Position numbers and translations under genes: made by a program. The notes below the pieces were generated by a model, which searched no databases, had not been told where the DNA came from, and saw nothing but the letters and a program-made list of their open reading frames with translations. 13,501 bases of DNA from a virus (taxonomy: Duplodnaviria > Heunggongvirae > Uroviricota > Caudoviricetes). Positions 7,438 through 13,501 of the stretch are shown piece by piece. Within the stretch, counting starts at the first letter, position 1. Each line of letters begins with the position of its first letter. Location: IMG/VR virus record IMGVR_UViG_2711768074_000021. One strand, given 5' to 3'.

Positions 7438-7986
7438 ATGAAGACACTAAAAGCAACTCCAGAAACAACTAATTTTATCAACTGCGGCTGTGTTACGCTT
7501 AAGGGCTTAGAACTTGATTCCTTTGCATTAAATATTGCAAATTTGCTAAGTGCTGTACGCACATTCCATCTTCTGGATTGTGCTCGCTCAAAGGAACTGG
7601 GCATTGAGGTAATGGAATTTATCCATGAATATGCTCTATCTGCTGCTTCTCCTGCACAACAAAAACAATCCTTCCCTGAAAGCTGGCTGGTTAACCTTCG
7701 CACCCAACGCGAAGCCTGCGGCTTAACAACCGCCGAACTCGCCAGGCTGCTCGATCTCGATGAAGAAATTATCATCCAGTGGGAGAGCGGAGAGTATGAA
7801 CCAACTATCAGTATGCTTATCCCACTGGCAAATATTCTTGGCTGCGATCCGATGTGCCTGTTAACTGGTGAGGTTACTCCTCCGGAGCAACCAAAAAGTG
7901 AGGAGCAGCAACACCATGACGCATCTCAACAAGTTTGCCCCTTATCTCGCGAAGCTCTTCTGCGGAAGAACCAATACCAATGGTGA
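7438..7986 (+). CDS. Hypothetical protein with XRE-type HTH in its C-terminal half (about 183 aa)
   Basis: LTTAELARLLDLDEEIIIQWESGEYEPTISMLIPLANILGCDPMCLLTG is a clear HTH_XRE. The N-terminal 90 aa are unassigned. Start taken at ATG 7438. The 3' 113 nt overlap an antisense ORF (7874-8134), so the true end is uncertain. Confidence 0.55.
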   Translation: MKTLKATPETTNFINCGCVTLKGLELDSFALNIANLLSAVRTFHLLDCARSKELGIEVMEFIHEYALSAASPAQQKQSFPESWLVNLRTQREACGLTTAELARLLDLDEEIIIQWESGEYEPTISMLIPLANILGCDPMCLLTGEVTPPEQPKSEEQQHHDASQQVCPLSREALLRKNQYQW

Positions 7987-8114
7987 CATAATCGCCGCTT
8001 CGCCCTTCAAGGTACATGCGAACATTTTTATCAATCATTGCGGAAACAGTCTCAATATGAAAACACTTCTGAGACTCGCTATATAGCAGAACATATAAGT
8101 CAGCTGAGGAAGCC

Positions 8115-8480
8115 ATGAAAAAGTTCGAAAACATAACTGTTCTCCATGTTGATGACTTTGATTATACAAACCCGGAACTTCTCCCGGAGGTTGTAAAGGC
8201 AATGGATGTTGCCGATATAGTGATTAGAGAAAAGAGAATTGTCAAAAACAGGCTCGCATGCACTTCAGGAGCAATGACAGAAACAACCTCACAGCAAGAT
8301 AATTACGAAGGCATTTGTCTGGAGCCTGATTCATTTGCGGTAAATGTTTATCATTTATTGCATGCAACACAGGTATTACATATGTCCAGTAATCACGAAA
8401 CGAAAACACTCGGCAGCGAAATTCTGAGTTTTGCATGTGAGTATACAAAAGCTGCTGCCGAAAAAGAATTAGCGCAATAA
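8115..8480 (+). CDS. Hypothetical protein (121 aa), accessory cassette
   Basis: ORF with a GAGGAA Shine-Dalgarno 5 nt upstream of the ATG. AT-rich codon usage unlike the replication genes. No family recognised. Confidence 0.55.
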   Translation: MKKFENITVLHVDDFDYTNPELLPEVVKAMDVADIVIREKRIVKNRLACTSGAMTETTSQQDNYEGICLEPDSFAVNVYHLLHATQVLHMSSNHETKTLGSEILSFACEYTKAAAEKELAQ

Positions 8481-8558
8481 CAACAAATATGCCCTGAACG
8501 TTTATTGCGGTTTTATCGCCGGGGATTGTTACAACCTTAATCCACAGGAGGCTTTATT

Positions 8559-8672
8559 GTGACTTTTATAAAGAATATGGCATCACACAAGACCGCCTGC
8601 CTTATTGCACAATACGGTGAAAATTACATGCATATTGCCTGCTTATTTCTGCGTAAAGCATACGGGAGATAA
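8559..8672 (+). CDS. Candidate small ORF (37 aa, GTG start), possible leader peptide
   Basis: Perfect AGGAGG (8546-8551) 7 nt upstream of GTG 8559. Reads MTFIKNMASHKTACLIAQYGENYMHIACLFLRKAYGR. Its stop lies 2 nt before the next gene ATG. Below the ORF-track size cutoff. Confidence 0.3.
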   Translation: MTFIKNMASHKTACLIAQYGENYMHIACLFLRKAYGR

Positions 8673-8674
8673 TA

Positions 8675-8875
8675 ATGCATCAGAAAACAGCAGAACACGA
8701 ACAAACCAGAATATTGCTGACCATCAAAAACGGGAAAGTAATATTCATTCTCCATGTTCATGACGATGAACTTGTAGGAACTCTTTCAACATTCCTGTTT
8801 ATTGCAGAAAAGGCAGGATATGACGTTATTGCACCAGCAGATGAAGATGAAGATGAAGATGAAGATGAGGAATAA
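8675..8875 (+). CDS. Hypothetical small protein (66 aa) with poly-acidic C-terminal tail
   Basis: ORF ending ...APADEDEDEDEDEE. Followed 5 nt later by the next gene, so a two-gene unit. Confidence 0.5.
   Translation: MHQKTAEHEQTRILLTIKNGKVIFILHVHDDELVGTLSTFLFIAEKAGYDVIAPADEDEDEDEDEE
8840..8872 (+). repeat. In-frame hexanucleotide tandem repeat (GATGAA)x4 + GATGAG + GAA
   Basis: Read directly. Encodes the DEDEDEDEDEE tail and also carries the Shine-Dalgarno (GAGGAA 8867-8872) of the downstream gene. Confidence 0.9.
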
Positions 8876-8880
8876 ATATC

Positions 8881-9462
8881 ATGCAATACGATGAATTCCA
8901 GGCTGAAGCAACAGCCAATGGTATACGAACTGGCAGTATGACGATTGATTATCACGACGCCATACGTCGTCTGGATGCCGGAGAATTCGATACTCCTAAT
9001 GTGCGAGGTTTACGTATCCTTCAGTGTCTGGCGCAAGCCGACGAAGCAGGATTACTGGGTAAACTTCCGGTTGAGATGAAGGTTGCTCAGTGGCGATGGT
9101 TGTATGTGACGACATTCATCAACGAAGAAGAAGACAAGAACGGCACAATTGATATCCTGAATGAACACGGAACAACTGAACACGCCGTGGTATATAACGG
9201 GATGTATGGGTTTATGACGATATATCCCGGCCCCATTCGATTTGCCTTACAACAGTATATTGAATGGAATTTAATTCAAAAATACGGCGAAGCTGAAGGA
9301 ATGGGAAGAGCGCTGTTTCTTTATCAGAAAATGCTCACTACTTCCCCTGATAAAGGTTTCATTCTTTCAGATATGGGTCGAGAAGGGCTTGAAATCCTTC
9401 TGGATGAAATTATTAACGAAATGAATACTCATGGCATGCAATCCGAAACAGATATTAAGTAA
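8881..9462 (+). CDS. Hypothetical protein (193 aa), accessory cassette
   Basis: ORF with a GAGGAA Shine-Dalgarno 8 nt upstream. Tightly linked to the 66-aa gene. No family recognised. Confidence 0.6.
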   Translation: MQYDEFQAEATANGIRTGSMTIDYHDAIRRLDAGEFDTPNVRGLRILQCLAQADEAGLLGKLPVEMKVAQWRWLYVTTFINEEEDKNGTIDILNEHGTTEHAVVYNGMYGFMTIYPGPIRFALQQYIEWNLIQKYGEAEGMGRALFLYQKMLTTSPDKGFILSDMGREGLEILLDEIINEMNTHGMQSETDIK

Positions 9463-9472
9463 AAGGGACCAC

Positions 9473-9658
9473 ATGACCGTTATCGAGTATATCCAGGAAA
9501 ATCCAGATTGCAGTAGAGAAGATATATCCCTCGCACTTGGAAGAAGCGCAACTTCTATCAGTAATGAATTATCACGGTTATTGTGGAATGGGTTAATAGT
9601 ACGAACTGGAGAAAAAAACAAAATGATTCTGTACTGCGTAAACAATCTGCCGTTTTGA
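9473..9658 (+). CDS. Small winged-helix-like DNA-binding protein (about 61 aa); 3' end coincides with the IS terminus
   Basis: MTVIEYIQENPDCSREDISLALGRSATSISNELSRLLWNGLIVRTGEKNK has a wHTH-like pattern. Start taken at ATG 9473 (GGGA 4-5 nt upstream). The TGA stop (9656-9658) is the first three bases of the IS left end. Confidence 0.5.
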   Translation: MTVIEYIQENPDCSREDISLALGRSATSISNELSRLLWNGLIVRTGEKNKMILYCVNNLPF

Positions 9659-9727
9659 AGTGGCACACTGAATTTGGCCACCTGAACAGAGGTGATATGC
9701 TCACCTCAGAACAACACAGGTGCTCCA

Positions 9728-10417
<690 letters not shown>

Positions 10418-11073
10418 GTGTGCCCGGAGTTCAGGGCGGGCATGGATGCTTAAATGAACCGCGAGTCTGTCTGGAATATTGAACCGGTAACTCACGATGA
10501 GAAACCCAACAATCCCACCGGGTGTGACGGTGGAGAACCTGAGCGGCAGTGACCTGCGGCATGCCCGCAGGGTGATGTAACCCGCTGACAACGGGGATTG
10601 AGGCGAGATCACTAAGCCGAGATGATCCTCAAGGTTAAGTACTGAAAGGCTGAAGAACATGAACCCGTTAATCCGCCTCTGTGGGTTGAAAACGTCACCA
10701 CGGCCTACGTGATCTGACAGGCCGTGCAGGAGGAACTGGCAGTGATACGTAAGCACTGCCGGTCGAAGGTGTTTTGACATGTATGCGAAACACCGGGGCA
10801 GCAGCGTCTATCACGCTTGCGTTGCTGACTTCTGCCAACTTGCGGCAAGCAAGGATAAAGAGTGCGACGGGCAGCCTCCTCAGTATGCCTGAGTCCAGGC
10901 AGGTAAACCGGGGAAGGTCAGCGACGGATGTTAAGGGGGCATGGCTCCGATGACGCGCTGGCTGGCGGAGCTTCCGTAGTAGTCCGCGATGGGGAAAGCC
11001 CATTACATGGCGAAGGGAAGCAGTTTGAATGTGTTTGCGACGTGAATTAACTGACCTAACGAGGTGAAGACCT

Positions 11074-12597
11074 TTGATAATCAGCGAAATGCAACGCAAG
11101 CTTGCCACATGGGCAGTCACCGATCCGTCCCTACGGATTCAACGGCTGCTGCGTCTGATAACACAACCAGAATGGCTGGCTGAAGCGGCGCGGATCACGC
11201 TTTCATCAAAGGGGGCCCATACCCCCGGCGTTGATGGCGTGAACAAAACAATGCTACAGGCCAGACTGGCTGTTGAGCTGCAAATCCTCAGGGATGAATT
11301 ACTCTCAGGCCACTACCAGCCCTTGCCCGCCAGACGGGTTTACATCCCTAAAAGCAACGGCAAACTGCGACCACTGGGTATCCCCGCGTTGCGGGATCGT
11401 ATTGTTCAGCGGGCCATGCTGATGGCGATGGAGCCGATATGGGAGAGTGATTTTCATACGCTCTCATATGGCTTCCGGCCTGAGCGCAGTGTCCACCACG
11501 CGATCCGCACGGTGAAATTACAGCTCACAGACTGTGGTGAAACCCGGGGACGCTGGGTGATTGAAGGCGACCTGTCCAGTTACTTCGACACCGTACATCA
11601 TCGACTGCTGATGAAGGCTGTACGCCGCAGGATCAGTGACGCACGTTTCATGACTCTGCTGTGGAAAACCATCAAGGCGGGACATATCGATGTCGGTCTC
11701 TTTCGGGCGGCCAGTGAAGGTGTGCCACAGGGCGGTGTTATATCGCCGCTATTATCGAACATCATGCTGAATGAGTTCGATCAATACCTGCATGAGCGCT
11801 ACCTGAGCGGGAAAGCCAGAAAAGATCGGTGGTACTGGAATAACAGTATCCAACGGGGCCGAAGTACGGCGGTCAGAGAAAACTGGCAGTGGAAACCCGC
11901 GGTGGCGTACTGCCGCTATGCCGATGATTTTGTCCTCATCGTCAAAGGCACCAAAGCACAGGCGGAAGCCATCAGGGAGGAGTGTCGGGGTGTGCTCGAA
12001 GGCAGTCTGAAACTCAGGCTGAACATGGATAAGACTAAAATCACCCATGTTAATGACGGCTTTATCTTTCTGGGGCACAGGATCATTCGCAAACGCAGTC
12101 GTTATGGCGAGATGCGAGTGGTCTCAACGATCCCGCAGGAGAAAGCCAGAAACTTCGCCGCATCGCTGACAGCACTGTTATCAGGCAACTACAGTGAAAG
12201 CAAAGTCGATATGGCTGAACAACTCAACCGAAAACTGAAAGGCTGGGCCATGTTCTATCAGTTCGTTGATTTTAAGGCCAAAGTCTTCAGTTATATCGAC
12301 CGTGTCGTGTTCTGGAAGCTGGCTCACTGGCTGGCCCGCAAATACCGTACAGGTATCGCTTCCCTGATGAGGTGGTGGTGTAAATCACCGAAACCGGGTC
12401 AGAGCAAAACGTGGGTTTTATTTGGTAAAACCAATCACGGCAAGCTCAGCGGCGAAATACTGTACCGGTTGGTGGGGCAAGGCAAGAAGCTGTTCCGCTG
12501 GCGGCTACCCGAAGGTAATCCCTATCTGAGGACGGAGACCAGAAACACGTATACATCGCGCTTTACAGAAGTGGCAATGGCGTTCGCCAGCATTTAA
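11074..12597 (+). CDS. Group II intron-encoded reverse transcriptase/maturase, no recognisable endonuclease domain
   Basis: RT blocks present: RPLGIPALRDRIVQRA, SYGFRPERSVHHAI, EGDLSSYFDTVHH, GVPQGGVISPLLSNIMLNEFD, CRYADDFVLIV, plus maturase (X) region LNRKLKGWAMFYQF. No HNH or Cys-rich C-terminus. Start is TTG 11074 (GAGGTGA Shine-Dalgarno at 11061-11067) or ATG 11089. Confidence 0.9.
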   Translation: MIISEMQRKLATWAVTDPSLRIQRLLRLITQPEWLAEAARITLSSKGAHTPGVDGVNKTMLQARLAVELQILRDELLSGHYQPLPARRVYIPKSNGKLRPLGIPALRDRIVQRAMLMAMEPIWESDFHTLSYGFRPERSVHHAIRTVKLQLTDCGETRGRWVIEGDLSSYFDTVHHRLLMKAVRRRISDARFMTLLWKTIKAGHIDVGLFRAASEGVPQGGVISPLLSNIMLNEFDQYLHERYLSGKARKDRWYWNNSIQRGRSTAVRENWQWKPAVAYCRYADDFVLIVKGTKAQAEAIREECRGVLEGSLKLRLNMDKTKITHVNDGFIFLGHRIIRKRSRYGEMRVVSTIPQEKARNFAASLTALLSGNYSESKVDMAEQLNRKLKGWAMFYQFVDFKAKVFSYIDRVVFWKLAHWLARKYRTGIASLMRWWCKSPKPGQSKTWVLFGKTNHGKLSGEILYRLVGQGKKLFRWRLPEGNPYLRTETRNTYTSRFTEVAMAFASI

Positions 12598-12602
12598 ATG
12601 GA

Positions 12603-12636
12603 GAGCCGGATGCGCTGAAAGGTGCACGTCCGGTTC
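12603..12636 (+). ncRNA. Group II intron domain V (catalytic hairpin)
   Basis: GAGCCGGATGCGCTGAAAGGTGCACGTCCGGTTC fits the 34-nt domain V consensus: AGC triad at positions 2-4, GAAA-type loop, terminal GAGCCGG/CCGGTTC pairing. Confidence 0.8.
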
Positions 12637-12687
12637 GGGGAGGAGAGGCAGGGAAATAGTCCGACTACGCCCTGCCTCTTACTCTAC

Positions 12688-13160
12688 TCAGCACATGGCA
12701 GGGCTTCGTTTATGTGGCGTTCATCATTGATGTGTTCGCCGGATACATCGTGGGATGGCGGGTCTCATCGTCCATGGAAACGACATTCGTGCTGGATGCA
12801 CTGGAGCAGGCAGTATGGGACCGTCGTCCGTCTGGCACTATCCATCACTGTGATAAAGGTTCTCTGTATGTATCGCTGGCCTACACGCAGCGGCTTAAGG
12901 AAGCAGGATTACTGGCATCAACAGGGAGCACAGGCGACTCGTATGACAACGCGATGGCGGAGAGCATCAATGGTCTTTACAAAGCGGAGGTAATACACCG
13001 TAATAGCTGGAAAAACCGGACAGAAGTGGAACTGGCCACACTAACGTGGGTGGACTGGTATAACAATCGACGATTGCTGGGAAGGCTGGATCATATCCCT
13101 CCGGCAGAAGCAGAAAAAGCTTATTATGCTTCCATCAGAAACGATGATCTGGCAGCCTGA
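12688..13160 (+). CDS. IS3-family transposase OrfB, exon 2 (DDE catalytic core, C-terminal part)
   Basis: Translation (I)STWQGFVYVAFIIDVFAGYIVGW ... HHCDKGSLYVSLAYTQRLKEAGLLASTGSTGDSYDNAMAESINGLYKAEVIHR ... is an rve/DDE core. In frame with exon 1 after intron removal. Stop at 13158-13160. Confidence 0.8.
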
Positions 13161-13501
13161 GTTCACAAATAAAACAATCTCCAGGAAACCCGGGGCGGTT
13201 CAAATTTCGCAGAGGGCTGGCTTCTGATGCTGACGCTAACGTGCTTTTCCCACCTGCTAACCAGAAAGTAATCTGCCCAGCATAACAGTAACCCCATCAG
13301 CTTAAAATCAATAACGCCCTGTAAAACCTGAAGTAACAGTCCGGGAACTCGTATCATGCTAACATATCAGTGTTGTGAAGCAGTCGACAACGAGCTTCAG
13401 ACGTAAGCGTGCAGCAAGAACCGTATTGACGGGGATGTGTTATTCAGTCGGCAGTGCTACGCGCCAGGGGAGCAGTTCGCCGACCCGGTTTATCGGCCAG
13501 T

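Larger units (their letters stand above)
10418..12687 (+). mobile_element. Group II intron (ribozyme plus intron-encoded protein), same orientation as the host transposase gene
   Basis: 5' end GTGTG (10418-10422). RT/maturase ORF in the domain IV position. Domain V consensus hairpin at 12603-12636. Domain VI helix with a bulged A at 12681, 7 nt from a 3' end ...CTAC. Splicing 10417 to 12688 restores an in-frame ATC (Ile) codon. Confidence 0.85.

Noticed and set aside
7413-7775. Minus-strand 120-aa ORF antisense to the HTH gene
   Set aside because: Ser-rich low-complexity translation opposite a clear HTH_XRE domain.
3241-8872. CRISPR array check on the short tandem repeats (3241-3264, 2721-2762, 8840-8872)
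   Set aside because: Units are 6-21 bp, contiguous and without spacers, and lie inside coding sequences. They are not CRISPR-like.
12622-12993. Plus-strand 123-aa ORF overlapping the intron 3' end and exon 2
   Set aside because: Out of frame with the DDE transposase core, and spans the domain V/VI ribozyme sequence.
13163-13357. Minus-strand 64-aa ORF downstream of the transposase
   Set aside because: No ribosome-binding site or recognisable features. The region probably contains the IS right terminus and flank. Left unannotated.

Overview
The window reads as the immunity and early-replication segment of a lambdoid (lambda/P22-like) enterobacterial prophage, ending in an insertion sequence that carries a group II intron. 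Everything here comes from reading the sequence and the supplied ORF translations; no searches or computations were run. Layout: (1) a minus-strand early operon, mostly translationally coupled by 4-bp overlaps: Cro-like HTH (6178-6468), two Rha-family regulators (5474-6181, 4517-5068), three small ORFs, a replication initiator (2820-3812), a DnaC-like loader (1910-2809), a DnaB-like helicase (513-1913) and one small ORF (259-516). (2) A divergent plus-strand cI-like repressor (6602-7291) whose LexA/S24-like domain appears to lack the catalytic Ser and the Ala-Gly cleavage site, followed by an intrinsic terminator. (3) A visibly AT-richer accessory cassette (about 7330-9658) with its own near-consensus sigma70 promoter and five or six small proteins I cannot assign. 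It sits in the slot where lambda carries rexAB, and is my best candidate for an undescribed exclusion, defence or anti-defence module. (4) An IS3-family insertion sequence starting at 9656 (IS911-like left end and OrfA by recollection, A6G frameshift site), with its transposase gene split by a complete group II intron (10418-12687) encoding an RT/maturase. The matching right inverted repeat of the IS was not found in the window. Other observations include iteron-like repeats inside the initiator gene, a possible OOP-like small RNA, and an IS50/Tn5-end-like 19-mer near the left edge.
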